From: Octopus bimaculoides
Taxonomy: Eukaryota
Reading direction: 5' to 3'
DNA length: 64,000 nt
Assembly: GCF_001194135.2 (NCBI RefSeq)
Contig: NC_068984.1
Span: forward strand, 56,072,139-56,136,138
Shown: positions 11,842 to 24,334 of the stretch, piece by piece
How the letters are laid out: each line of letters opens with the position of its first letter
Position numbering within the stretch: position 1 is the first letter of the stretch
Translations under genes and position numbers: made by a program
Notes under the pieces: model-generated
Told to the model about the DNA's origin: nothing
Databases searched by the model: none
What the model saw: the letters and a program-made list of their open reading frames with translations, nothing else

Positions 11842-12654
11842 GGGTGCATAAGATATTTGAGGACAGATTTATGTTTATAAAAAAAAACAGATAACGGATG
11901 ATAACTATATTCATCAAAAAATGCTATGACGGTAAAAAATAAACCTTCTTTTCTATAATGTTATTCACTAAAGCCACTTTCAGCTTCAACAACTGCTTCT
12001 GTATGAGATCTAAATCATCTACATGCTCGAATCAAGTGGTCATGGTTCATTTTGGACATTACTCTGACTATAGCAGCTTTCATAGAATCTTTGGTGTTAT
12101 GGGCATGCTCACTGACCACTCAACAACGCTCCACATAATAATCCAATGGATTGAGATCTGGGAAGTTAGGAGGTCAAATGTTAAGGGTTGTGTGATCATG
12201 AAAAATTTCAACCATCCATTTCTGTGTTACTAGAGCCATGTGTAATAGTGCAGAATCTTACTGAAACACATATGGCCTTTCATTGCCTATCCTGGGCTTA
12301 ACAATTATTTCACTGTCTATCCTGGGCTTAACAATTATTTCCAGGACCTCAATGTAGGTGGGAGATTTAATTCTAAAGCCTTATGGAAAGACGTAAGGAG
12401 GCATCACATGTCCTTCATTGCTGACAACTCCTAAAACCAACACAGTTGCAGGAAATTTTGTATGCATAACACTTGGGACTTCAGAAGGGTCTGCATATAA
12501 CCATTTGTCATTTCTTCTGTTAACTTTTTGAACTTCGTCGAAGATTTTCTCATTTGAGAAAAACCAAATCAAATCTTCTTCTACTGGATTCCTCACTTTG
12601 TTTAAGAGCCTTTTAGATCTGATGTAGTGGTTTTCTTTTGCGTGCTATGACAAA
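11840..12654 (-). mobile_element. Decayed maT/DD37D-type Tc1-mariner transposon, 3' two-thirds
   Basis: IWFFSNEKIF...HTKFPATVLVLGVVSNEGHVMPP, same family as 38260-39539; terminal CAGGGTG; internal 30-bp tandem duplication at 12281-12340. Confidence 0.85.
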
Positions 12655-12760
12655 TATATATATATAATTATATATGTATATATAATTATATATATATATA
12701 TAATTATATATATATAATTATATATATATATATAATTATATATATATAATTATATATATA

Positions 12761-13624
12761 NNNNNNNNNNNNNNNNNNNNNNNNNNNNNNNNNNNNNNNN
12801 NNNNNNNNNNNNNNNNNNNNNNNNNNNNNNNNNNNNNNNNNNNNNNNNNNNNNNNNNNNNNNNNNNNNNNNNNNNNNNNNNNNNNNNNNNNNNNNNNNNN
12901 NNNNNNNNNNNNNNNNNNNNNNNNNNNNNNNNNNNNNNNNNNNNNNNNNNNNNNNNNNNNNNNNNNNNNNNNNNNNNNNNNNNNNNNNNNNNNNNNNNNN
13001 NNNNNNNNNNNNNNNNNNNNNNNNNNNNNNNNNNNNNNNNNNNNNNNNNNNNNNNNNNNNNNNNNNNNNNNNNNNNNNNNNNNNNNNNNNNNNNNNNNNN
13101 NNNNNNNNNNNNNNNNNNNNNNNNNNNNNNNNNNNNNNNNNNNNNNNNNNNNNNNNNNNNNNNNNNNNNNNNNNNNNNNNNNNNNNNNNNNNNNNNNNNN
13201 NNNNNNNNNNNNNNNNNNNNNNNNNNNNNNNNNNNNNNNNNNNNNNNNNNNNNNNNNNNNNNNNNNNNNNNNNNNNNNNNNNNNNNNNNNNNNNNNNNNN
13301 NNNNNNNNNNNNNNNNNNNNNNNNNNNNNNNNNNNNNNNNNNNNNNNNNNNNNNNNNNNNNNNNNNNNNNNNNNNNNNNNNNNNNNNNNNNNNNNNNNNN
13401 NNNNNNNNNNNNNNNNNNNNNNNNNNNNNNNNNNNNNNNNNNNNNNNNNNNNNNNNNNNNNNNNNNNNNNNNNNNNNNNNNNNNNNNNNNNNNNNNNNNN
13501 NNNNNNNNNNNNNNNNNNNNNNNNNNNNNNNNNNNNNNNNNNNNNNNNNNNNNNNNNNNNNNNNNNNNNNNNNNNNNNNNNNNNNNNNNNNNNNNNNNNN
13601 NNNNNNNNNNNNNNNNNNNNNNNN
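12761..13624. other. Assembly gap (N run)
   Basis: Ns. Smaller gaps at 1527-1565, 14189-14198, 23037-23046, 32601-32742, 35207-35285 and 56159-56168. Confidence 1.
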
Positions 13625-13950
13625 AAAGGTATCTAAGATACCACCATGCTTGTTTTCACTTTTTCGAGATCAGTGAATAATTTCACTGGAAAAAGTATAT
13701 ACATATTTGCATCGGGACATTTTTCGTATCGAAGGTCAGCAATTGTCGTACGCTGAGGACGGGTAAATACCCAGAAACTCGAGTCCGTACGTATCGCAGA
13801 TCAAGATGGGAAGGATGACTTCCCTTTGCAAATACAGACAGGACACAGATGTGTGTCAATAGCCAGCTGGAGGAGATGTTCTCCTGGGGCTAAAAGCAAC
13901 AGTAACATCCACCCTTAGGGGTCAGCCGCATTTAAGTGGCAAATATACTT
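13625..13950 (+). mobile_element. CpG-rich Penelope-like terminal repeat fragment next to (TA)n
   Basis: Contains a complete minimal hammerhead; CpGs retained; followed directly by an AT microsatellite, with another on the far side of the upstream gap. Confidence 0.6.
13747..13791 (+). ncRNA. Minimal type I hammerhead ribozyme with palindromic helix III
   Basis: Stem I CGTACG/CGTACG; core CTGAGGA; stem II GGGT-AAAT-ACCC flanked by a C.A apposition; GAAA; palindrome ACTCGAGT; canonical GUC cleavage after 13785. Confidence 0.85.
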
Positions 13951-14198
13951 CACCATATATACATAATTATATATATATATATATATACATATATATACAA
14001 CTATATATATATACATGTATACATAATTATATATATATATACTTATATACATAACTATATATATACATATATACATAATTATATATATATACATATATAT
14101 ATATATACATACATATATATTATATACATACATATATATTATATACATATATATATACATATATATATACATATACATATATATATATNNNNNNNNNN

Positions 14199-14240
<42 letters not shown>
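13950..14240. repeat. Compound (TA)n / (TACATA)n AT-rich tract
   Basis: Seen directly; includes a 10-N gap. Confidence 0.9.
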
Positions 14241-14243
<3 letters not shown>

Positions 14244-14760
14244 AAGCTGTTCAGGCTCCCTGTCTGCTTTGGCATGGTTTCTACACCTGGATGTCCTTCC
14301 TAACGCCAACCACTTTGCAGAGTGTACTCGGTACTTTTACACAGTACCGGCATGGGTTCCTTTACTTGGCACCAGCACTTACAGGCCCGCGAGATTACTG
14401 ATGTACAGCTGGGGAAGGATGCAAGGCCCAAACCTATATGCAAGTACAACCACAGTTTTACTTAGGTTGATGTGATATTTTTAAGCACAGCAAACCACCA
14501 GGAAGTCTCGATCCCATGTCATCCCCTCTGTGAGTCTCAATGTTTGTCTATCTTTTTTCACCATTTTGTCCTACGTCTTCCCAGGTCTACCCCTTCCACG
14601 TTCCCTTTACAATCAGAGATCAGTACCTTTTGATGCAACTGTCTTCATTCATATGCATTACATGGACATATCAGAGCATTCGTCTCTCTTGCACACAACA
14701 TCTGATGCTACATGTACCCAGTTTTCGTCTCAACTCACTTACACTCTGTCGAACATGCAC
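14240..14760 (-). mobile_element. 5'-truncated RTE-type LINE (ORF2 C-terminus + 3' UTR with family D motif)
   Basis: Minus strand ELRRKLGTCSIRCCVQERRML*YVHVMHMNEDSCIK resembles the ..LRWYGHVxRM.. end of RTE ORF2; followed by GTTGGCGTTAGGAAGGACATCCAGG. Confidence 0.65.
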
Positions 14761-14780
14761 ACTCTCTCTCTATACATATA

Positions 14781-15103
14781 TTTTTTATTATTATGCGCCC
14801 TTTTTAAAGCCTAGCCAGGCTCATGGACCCGGTTTCCCGGTTTCTATGGCGTATGTGTCTCCCCCCACCCAGCTGGAAAGGACGTCAGTCCATCACAGCG
14901 TTACTCAAGAAACAAAGAAAGAGTGACAGAAAGTTGGGGCGAAAGAGTACAACAGGGGTCACCACCACCCCCTGCCGGAGACTTGTGGAGCTTTTAGGTG
15001 TTTTCGCTCAATAAACACACACAACGCCCGGTCTGGGAATCGAAATCGCGATCCTCCGATCGCGAGTCGGCTGCCCTAACCACTGGGCCATTGCACCTCC
15101 ACT
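14781..15103 (-). mobile_element. tRNA-derived SINE, head H1 + tail T2
   Basis: First ~190 bp match family A; tail differs: ATGGACTGACGTCC...ATACGCCATAGAAACCGGGAAACCGGGTCCATGAG. Confidence 0.85.
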
Positions 15104-15104
15104 C

Positions 15105-15136
<32 letters not shown>

Positions 15137-15153
15137 TATAACCTAGTAGTCAG

Positions 15154-15727
15154 NNNNNNNNNNNNNNNNNNNNNNNNNNNNNNNNNNNNNNNNNNNNNNN
15201 NNNNNNNNNNNNNNNNNNNNNNNNNNNNNNNNNNNNNNNNNNNNNNNNNNNNNNNNNNNNNNNNNNNNNNNNNNNNNNNNNNNNNNNNNNNNNNNNNNNN
15301 NNNNNNNNNNNNNNNNNNNNNNNNNNNNNNNNNNNNNNNNNNNNNNNNNNNNNNNNNNNNNNNNNNNNNNNNNNNNNNNNNNNNNNNNNNNNNNNNNNNN
15401 NNNNNNNNNNNNNNNNNNNNNNNNNNNNNNNNNNNNNNNNNNNNNNNNNNNNNNNNNNNNNNNNNNNNNNNNNNNNNNNNNNNNNNNNNNNNNNNNNNNN
15501 NNNNNNNNNNNNNNNNNNNNNNNNNNNNNNNNNNNNNNNNNNNNNNNNNNNNNNNNNNNNNNNNNNNNNNNNNNNNNNNNNNNNNNNNNNNNNNNNNNNN
15601 NNNNNNNNNNNNNNNNNNNNNNNNNNNNNNNNNNNNNNNNNNNNNNNNNNNNNNNNNNNNNNNNNNNNNNNNNNNNNNNNNNNNNNNNNNNNNNNNNNNN
15701 NNNNNNNNNNNNNNNNNNNNNNNNNNN
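15154..15727. other. Assembly gap (N run)
   Basis: Ns. Confidence 1.
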
Positions 15728-15795
<68 letters not shown>

Positions 15796-15977
15796 TGTAT
15801 GTATATGTATATATATATATGTATTCATATGCATGTATGCATGTGTGTGTATATATATATATATGTATGTATGAGTATATATATTTATAGAAGGAAGAGA
15901 TATAGAGACAAAAAGAGAAAAATATCTTACATGTTGTTATGAAAATACACACACACACACATACATACGCGTGTGTG

Positions 15978-16010
<33 letters not shown>

Positions 16011-16269
16011 ATATATATATATTTATATATTTATATACTTATATATATGTATGTGTATATATTTACATATATATTTATATGTATGTATGTGTATATATAT
16101 TTATATGTATATATGTATGTATGTATGCATGCATACACACCTCCATATATATGAAAGAATATTGATAACCCTAAAACAAATAGTCTTGCTGCAGAATGAA
16201 TCTTACGGGGGTTCACCCCGAGTTCTGGTTCATGAACTATTGTCATGCCATTTGACCTGACCTTTCTGT

Positions 16270-16414
16270 CAAGAGATCACTGCTTACAGCTAATCTATTT
16301 AATGACCTGCTAGAAATAGCAGTTAAATCTTCCTCATATTACACCTTACTATCTACCAAGAGAAAAGACACAATGGCTAATATGGTCTTGTGTGTGTGTG
16401 TGTGTGTGTGAGAG

Positions 16415-16477
<63 letters not shown>

Positions 16478-16625
16478 GCACGCGAACGTGCATGTGGATG
16501 CATGCACACGCATGCCTGAGAACCTGCTCTTGTTGAAAATGATGGGATACTCAAACATGGAATGCTTTTTATCAAGTTTGCTTGATCAAAACTAACCTGA
16601 GTTCAATCAACAACAATAACAACAA
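16270..16625 (+). mobile_element. Degenerate family F repeat interrupted by (TG)n
   Basis: GACCTGCTAGAAATAGCAG motif, (TG)n at ~16389-16472, (AAC)n-like tail. Confidence 0.5.
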
Positions 16626-16666
16626 TGGTTCAAATGTTATTTCTACATCAAACTTACTATCTAAAT

Positions 16667-16889
16667 CAATGGTTCTCAGCCAAGGTCCATTATGAATTTT
16701 GGGGGTTCTGTGTAAGAACTGGTTATACTTCTACAATACACAAAATATTTTTAACAATTTTTTTATACAATCCCAAACAATATCTAATTACAAAAATATC
16801 ATAAGATTTTTTAAACACCAAATGGCTATGAGGAGTCCACTGATGTAATCAAAAGTGTCTATAGGTGAAAAAATGGTTGAGAACCACTT
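16667..16889. mobile_element. hAT-type MITE
   Basis: TIRs CAATGGTTCTCAGCC / GGTTGAGAACCACTT; flanking 8-mers ATCTAAAT / ATGTAAAC (6/8 match, decayed TSD). Confidence 0.7.
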
Positions 16890-17899
16890 ATGTAAACTAA
16901 CAAATTCAATATAGCAAAGTATAAGTCTAATTTTAATTATATTATGTGTATAAGATGGAAAATTGGCACAGTTGTTAAGGATAACAGATTGAATGCCTTA
17001 CTCTATTTGTTTCACCATCATTGTGTTGCAAGTTCAAATCTGACCAAGATCAACTTTCACTTTCACTCTCTCAGGGTCACTAAAATGCCAGTTCAGGATG
17101 GTGGGATTGAGAGAGTATTAGATGAGATGCACTGCAGTAACTGTCCCAGCTCTTTGAGTTCAAATTTAGTCTCCTATCTCCAGCTTTCTCATGGTGGAAA
17201 ACAAGGCTTTTAGGACTCAGCTTATGATAATAGGTCTCCAGTTTCTAAAGTGATATGTTGATAGCACAATCTCTTGGCTTCATCAATACAAAGAGCAGAT
17301 CTTGCATGAATGGGAGTAATTGCCATGATAGAAAAAAAAATGCTAATTTTATTTTATATGTACTCGCATTTGTACCTATGTCTATATAGACACAACTTAC
17401 GACATGTCTTAGACAATTTTAGTGGTATCCACTCTCTCTCTAGATTTGGGCACAGCAGATATTTTCAAGAAAGTGAAAGAGAATAAGAATTGACTACAGA
17501 CTGGTATTTTACTTACTCATCTTGAAAGAACGAAAGGAAGAGTTGCCCCCAGAATGATATTTACTTGGAGCTCAGGGAGATGGAATGTCCAGTGCTCTTC
17601 CAGCTCTGCCAACTTGCCGCTTGTGTGCATCTATGATTAGTTTAACATTTATTCCTTAGAATGGCACATAAACAACTGGAAGTAGTATGAACTTTGAGAT
17701 CTTACTGATACTAATTATTTTATCCCAGATAGGTGAAAGCTTTCTGCAACAGACCAGTGTTCTATCTAGAGGAGAAATATATACACTACAGAATCCAAAA
17801 AAATCAGCTGTATGAGTCTATGGTTAGGGAAGGACCTATAATCCTCTTTTTTTTTTTATTTGAGGTTAAAGCCACTATAGGGTCCAGTCTTTGTTGTGG

Positions 17900-18275
17900 T
17901 GTTGTGGCTCATGTTTCAATGATCCCCCTAAGAGCTTTACTGGTGCAATACAAGCTTGTAGTTGAGTCACCCATGCTAGACAAGTCAGAGACTAGACTAA
18001 TATATACCAACACCCAGAAGTAAAAATAAGCTTGCATAGGGCCAACAACCCTACCTAGAAAAAAGCAAAGTTACGGAAGCATTGCTAGTATTTCAAAACT
18101 AACAAAACCTGGAAGAGGAAGGTCTCCCCTCAGGGAAAGCAGGATATTGAGATAGAAGTGAAAAAGTAGGGTTCTAACTGGAGAGGAGAAGAAAAACCAA
18201 TCCAGCATCAATAACAGTGAAGAGAAGTTAGTCATGGCCTGTGCCCCATAGGAAGTGAAGATTTCAAGTAAGTAA
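17900..18275 (+). mobile_element. Internally deleted RTE-type element (5' UTR remnant joined to last ORF2 codons, (AAGT)n tail)
   Basis: GAGTCACCCATGCTAGACAAGTC...GGGCCAACAACCCTACC..AAAAA resembles RTE 5' UTRs; 3' end reads NWRGEEKPIQHQ*Q*REVSHGLCPIGSEDFK* then AAGTAAGTAA. Confidence 0.45.
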
Positions 18276-19090
18276 AGATAGGTGAAAGACAAATGCAAAT
18301 TCTGGTGTAGCGGGACAAAACTAAACAATACTGTAATTTTTACAGGTGCTCTGCCTTTTCTATCTACAAAAGAAATCCATTATATCATATATTGTAGCTG
18401 GAAAAAAAAAAAGGATATAGGATGGTCGTGTTTAGAATGTCTTTCATCATAATAAGTTCATTGGATTAAGTTTAATCTGAAGTTAAACAATAGCAAGAGA
18501 TAATGAATAAATTATCTCTCATTAATTATTTATATCTGTGTCTATATCTCAGACTGCATCCATGTTTTGTTTAATATTGATTTCTTTTCACTAAGTAAAT
18601 GGCTGTTTCTTTTTAAAGAAGAGAGCTATTGTCAAAGAACTTCATTTATCTTCATTATATTACTGAATGACTAACACAGAAACTACAAAAAGGGTTATTA
18701 AAGCAGCACAACTCTCTACAAGCTGAGTTCCATTCCCACTAAAGTCAATTTTGCCTTTCACCCTTTTAAAATTAATAAATAAAATATCACTTCAGTGTAA
18801 TGAATTGGTGGAATTGTTATTGCATTGGGTAGAACACCTTGCAGTATGTGTTTTGGCTCTTTGGATTCTAAGTTTAAAATTCTGCCTCATTTCTTCAGCC
18901 TCCTCATGATCAAAATCAGACCCTTCAGGATTTGGCTAACAGTGATAGACCTCTAATGTTATGTGGAGTGATGTGTTAGTTGGAATAACATCTCAGTACC
19001 ATGATTTCAATGAGTGAATGCTGCACAATAAGAGATTAGAGAAGAAAATAAGTACTGAACAACTAACACTAAAATTTGTAAAGCATTTAG

Positions 19091-19550
19091 ATGTTATGCC
19101 ATCATAGTGCTGGATGCCTCCCACACCATGCTGCCCTTAACGAGTTCATAAAGCATAGCCTAGATGCTACAGGCTTCCCTCCCCAGCTTGAGCCAGCAGG
19201 GCTAGACCAAAGTAGGTGCTTCATTTGGGATACCTTCTCCAGTGGCAACTCAGTGTGGTTAGCCACCAGCCCAGGCTCCACTGCTCACCAGGCTGAGAAA
19301 AGCAAACTGTCAAAGTATCAGTCACTCTCTGACAAGTCTATGGTTGAGCTTGTGACAGTGGAGACCTCTGGCGTTCTTGACCCCCAGACCATATCCCTGC
19401 TCACCACTATTGGGGCAGATATGGCTGTCCACAAGTGCAAGCCCTGTGAGTCAGTGTTCCTATTCCAGTACATCTCCCTCACCATACTCCAGGGCAACAC
19501 ACTTTTCCTTTTGTCTGCTGGGACCATTAAGCAGTCTGACTTACAGGAAA
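19091..19550 (+). mobile_element. 3' fragment of a CRE-clade non-LTR retrotransposon (restriction-like endonuclease), inactivated
   Basis: HHAALNEFIKHSL...LEPAGLD, AEKSKLSKY, VETSGVL, FLFQYISLTILQGN; the DGKRPDG segment is deleted. Confidence 0.7.
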
Positions 19551-21176
19551 CTGTACATTATGATTTAAAGAGAATTATGTATTGACTCTAGAGTCCTGCG
19601 AATGCTGGTAACCTGTGACTCACTGTCCATAAGTAACCTAAAGTAAGCTAGAGTAAACGAGCAATCACAATACTTCCTATGGTTTGGTTGATACTCGCAG
19701 TCTGATAATATTCCGCTGATTAGAATACTAGCTGATGTAGTATATAAGGTACATATGTTGAGTAAACATTCAAACATCATTAATATTTTCCCAAATCCTA
19801 CTGCATTTCACATGGAATTCTTGCTCCTTAAAAGCTGTCTTAGTATATAAGTCAACAACCTTTTTTGGCTGTAAATTTTTGTCTGAAAAAATTCAACTTG
19901 CATGCTGGAAAACGTGGTATGTAATTTGATAGGACTGAGGCCCCTCTATTAGGAAACAGCATGAGAAACTTTCCATCCAAGAACACTTCTTCCATGAGCT
20001 TCCATCAAATAAACTAGTTGCAGGAAATGCTGGCTAAATCTGCTGGGTGTAAGCCAAAACAGTTACATTTATGACATCCGTCTTGTCATTTTCATGTCCA
20101 GACTTTCCATGATGGCATGGGTTGAACAAGAGTCTCTTAAAACAGTATTCTGTAGTTTCATGCCATTCCTATTACCAATACTTACTGAATTATTTAGTAA
20201 GACACATTATTCCACTCATCTTTTTACATTGAACTACTGAACAACCAGACACTCTGTTTATGCTGGTCATAAACAAATTTCACTGCTGCCCAAGTGATGC
20301 CAATGCCAATACAGGCCAAGACAAATACACATATAAGTAAATATATGTGTGTGAGTGGGTGAGTGATTGTATGTTTATGTGTGTGCATATCTATGTATAC
20401 ACACACATATATATCTATATGCATGCATGTGTGTGCATTCAACACACATACATACATGTATTTATGTTTGCATGTATGTATATATTTTTTTTCATGTATA
20501 TATAGATATATATATATATATATATATATACATACACACACATGTGTGTGTGTGTGTGTGTGTGTGTGTATTTAGGTATATTTTAAGTATCTTTACATTG
20601 ACTTAAACATAATCTTTTTTCTTGTGATTATTTTATGCGTATTTCTATTTTCTCCAGGAAAAATGTAGATCACATGATCATTATTCAGGAAGTCAGATCT
20701 GTGTCATTGTGTCAGATCTACTCTCTTTCTCTCTCTCTCTCTCACACACAAACACACAGTCACCTTTTATCCATCTCGCCCTTTCTCTCTTCATTTTCTC
20801 CTCATATGATACATTGAAGTTATTATATTGCTCGCAGACTTTAGTACTTCATAAATTCCTTCAAGAAATTTTGTTTTCTTCTACACTATATTCTATAATC
20901 TCTCCTTAGATATGTACTTCTATATAGGTAGCTGCCACCGGGAGAATTTTATAGAGAGATGTTAAATTTAAAAGTGGCTTCTGATATACACATTAAGCTG
21001 TCTCAGAAATTATGTGCTTTATACGTGTGTGTGTGTGTGTGTATTCTTGCATTTATATACACATGTGTGCATGTGCATACGTATATGTGAGTGTTTAGTA
21101 TGTATATGTGACAATATGTACAAGCATGTCTCGATATGTGGATATACATAAGCACACACACATATATACATGCAGA

Positions 21177-21330
21177 TGGATGGATGGATGGATGGATGGA
21201 TGGATGGATGGATGGATGGATGGATGGATGGATGGATGGATGGAAAGAAGGAAGGAATGAAGGAAGGAAGGAAGGAAGAAAGGAAGGAATGAATGAAGGA
21301 AGGAAGGAAGGAAGGAAGAAAGGAAGGAAG
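21177..21330. repeat. (GGAT)n(GGAA)n compound microsatellite
   Basis: Seen directly. Confidence 0.95.
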
Positions 21331-21332
21331 GT

Positions 21333-21720
21333 GCATTCCAGAAGTTTAGGGACATTTTCAGGAGAGACATTTATTAATTTCAAAGAAGTTCAAAACTTCA
21401 ATCTCTTTCAAAGTAAGATTCTCTGATTTCATTTTACTTGTAGTGTTCCAGTCACTTCATGAAGGCCCTATGGAAGTCCTTCAAAGTGCAGGTACTCAGG
21501 ATCCTTGTCACAGCCTCCTTTCTGTTTTCTGTCAGCTTGAGGACACCCAAAAGTCACAGGGAGGAAGGTCCGAACTGTAGGGAGGGTGAGGGACACTTTT
21601 GATGCCCATCACTGTTAAGTAAGTGGTTATCAAGACAGAATTGTGGAGTGACGTGGGTGCAAGTCTGGGTGCAAGTGGTCTGGCTTTTTGCATTGAAATC
21701 TCTTCCTGAACTCCCTTAGA
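21333..21720 (-). mobile_element. Mariner 3' fragment
   Basis: Minus strand GIKSVPHPPYSSDLPPCDFW. Confidence 0.7.
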
Positions 21721-21725
21721 GCCTG

Positions 21726-21967
21726 TGGAGGTGTGTGGCTTAGTGGTTAGGGTGCTGGACTCATGATTGTAAGATTGTGGTTTCACTTCCTGGACCAGGC
21801 CATGCATTGTGTTCTTGAGCAAAACACTTCATTTCACATTACTCCAGTCCACTCAGGTAACAAAAATGAGTAATCCTGTGACAGACCGGCGTCTCATCCA
21901 GGTGGGGAATTTATACACCATGGAAACAGGAAAACTGGCCCTTACAAGTCAGTATGACTTGAGAAGG
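21726..21967 (+). mobile_element. SINE, head H2 + tail T2
   Basis: A box TGGCTTAGTGG; CTTGAGCAAAACACTTCATTTCAC body; tail ACAGACCGGCGTCTCATCCAGG...CCATGGAAACAGGAAAACTGGCCC. Confidence 0.75.
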
Positions 21968-22689
21968 AGACTTTACGTTTACTTTACCATAGAGACCCCA
22001 GAAAGTATTCTTGATTGACCATCTAACTAGAGGGAACCCAGTGGATATAGATGGTGCCCTTGCTGCTGAAAAAGGTGACCATCATGAATTTTCCAGTGGA
22101 CTTGCTTTGTCCTGCCTCTTTTGAGAAATTGAGAGAGGAGAGAGAGATAGAAAGAGAGAGAAGTAAGAGTGAGAGAAGAGAGAAAGAGATGTAAGAATGA
22201 GAGGAGAGAGAAAGAGGTAAGAGTGAGAAAGGAGAGAGAGAGAAGACGGTGAAAATGTGACAGAGGGAGTATACTCAGATTACAGGGAGGTGTATATTAG
22301 TGAACTGGAACCAAGGGTTGGTGAGGGTGACTGGGTGAGTAAGTTTACAAGATTGCAAACAGAAAGGGGGAGGTACAGGGGAGGGGAAGGAACATAGTGA
22401 GTGGACAGAAATACAGGTGGGGGGAGAGTTGGGAGGATATGTTGTGGGATGGTGACCTCACTTGTGGTGGTTGCACAAAAAAAAAGCACCCAGTATACAC
22501 ATTAAGTGATAGGTGTTAGAAAGAGCATCCAGACATAGAAACAAATGCAAAGCAGACAGTGTAGCAAGATGCAGTCTTTGAGTCCAACCATCCAACCCAT
22601 ACCAGCATGGAAAATGGGAATTCCAAATGACCCATGCTTGTTTTCTTTGTATCGGCTATCTGGATGTTTTGCGTTCTTGTCCCATTTTG

Positions 22690-22729
<40 letters not shown>

Positions 22730-22731
<2 letters not shown>

Positions 22732-22837
22732 TCATCATCATCATCATCGTTTAACGTCCGCTTTCCATGCTAGCATGGGTTGGACGATTTGACTGAGGAC
22801 TGGTGAACCAGATGGCTACACCAGGCTCCAATCTGAT
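22730..22837 (-). mobile_element. Short 5'-truncated family D copy between (TA)n and (TG)n
   Basis: Near-identical to the start of 39919-40170. Confidence 0.9.
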
Positions 22838-23061
22838 ATGTGTGTGTGTGTGTGTGTGTGTATGTGTGTATGTATGCATGTATGCATGTATGTATGTACA
22901 TCTATGTGTGTGTATATATATATGTGTGTGTGTGTTTGTGTGTATGTATATGTATATATGCATATATATATATATATATATATATGTATGTTTATGTGTG
23001 TGTGTACATATATATATATAATATATGTGTGTGTGTNNNNNNNNNNACATATATATATATA

Positions 23062-23112
<51 letters not shown>

Positions 23113-23475
23113 AATATAGCCAGACTCACAGGATTTTCCCCTTTCTAGGTTAACATAGTAAAGTACAAAATGATGACAAAATAACTTTAAAAAAACTTCA
23201 AATGCTTCCTTCTAACAATAAACCACCAAACATTTATTCCTCTGGGAACAGGAAAGACTAGATTTATTTGGTTTCTTGTTTTTATATAGAACAGATTGTG
23301 TGTGCATGTGTTGTGTTGTATGTGTGTGTGTGTGTGTGTGAATATGTGTGTGTATGTATGTGCATGCACGCATGTTCTACAAGAACTTACTCATGTGAAA
23401 ATTATTTACTGCAATTGGATGTAGGCAGCAAAGGTTTATTGTAAAGAAAAGGAATTCATTATTGACGATATATGT

Positions 23476-23516
<41 letters not shown>

Positions 23517-23665
23517 TATACATATAATGTGTTCTTTCATCTCCTTTAAGGTCAGAATGATACTGAGAATGGGAAATTTGGTGAACATTTGAAGAGCCAA
23601 TCTTTATTTCTTTCTCACTTTCAGGCTCACTTTTTCCATCCCTTTCTCTCTTCCTCACTCACTTG

Positions 23666-23697
<32 letters not shown>

Positions 23698-24334
23698 CTC
23701 TTCCTCTTTCTCTATTTCTCTCAATCTCCTTTTTATCCTATCATCTAATACTTAATGATAAGCCAACAAAGGAACCTCTGTATGGTTTCTTGACAAACTA
23801 GAAACAGCAGCTAAGCCTCCAAATTACATCTTACTATTTCACATAGGCATTAGGCTTAAACCTAGCTTAGACCTAAGGTAGTGAAATATGTTGTTGCAAT
23901 ATTTCGTGAAAGGTGGATGCTGCCTACATTTTCTGTAACATGCCAAAGTGCTAAAAAAGGATTTTCAGAGTATAATATGTATATGTCTGTAGTACCTTTC
24001 ATACTTCCATCTTATGATTTCAAACAATAGATGACTCTTACTTCCTCAGATACTGTGAAAGTCTGCTAAAAATTGTTGTTTCCAAACACCTGGGCATCAG
24101 TGTAAAACATGGTACATAGACAACAACAGGCACTAACTACATACACACACATACACTCACACATGCACACAGAAGTTCAAAATTTATGACAAAAATAACA
24201 AAACCTGACAAAGTGAAAGCATGATGTAATTACTATTTTAACACTCAATGAGATGCCAAGCTGGCAGAATCTTTAGCAGATCAGAGAAAATGCTTAGCAG
24301 ATTTTCTTGTGGCTTTTTATGATATAAGTCCTTT

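Noticed and set aside
13915-16260. Long Tyr/Ile-rich ORFs
   Set aside because: Translations of (TA)n/(TACA)n tracts and N gaps
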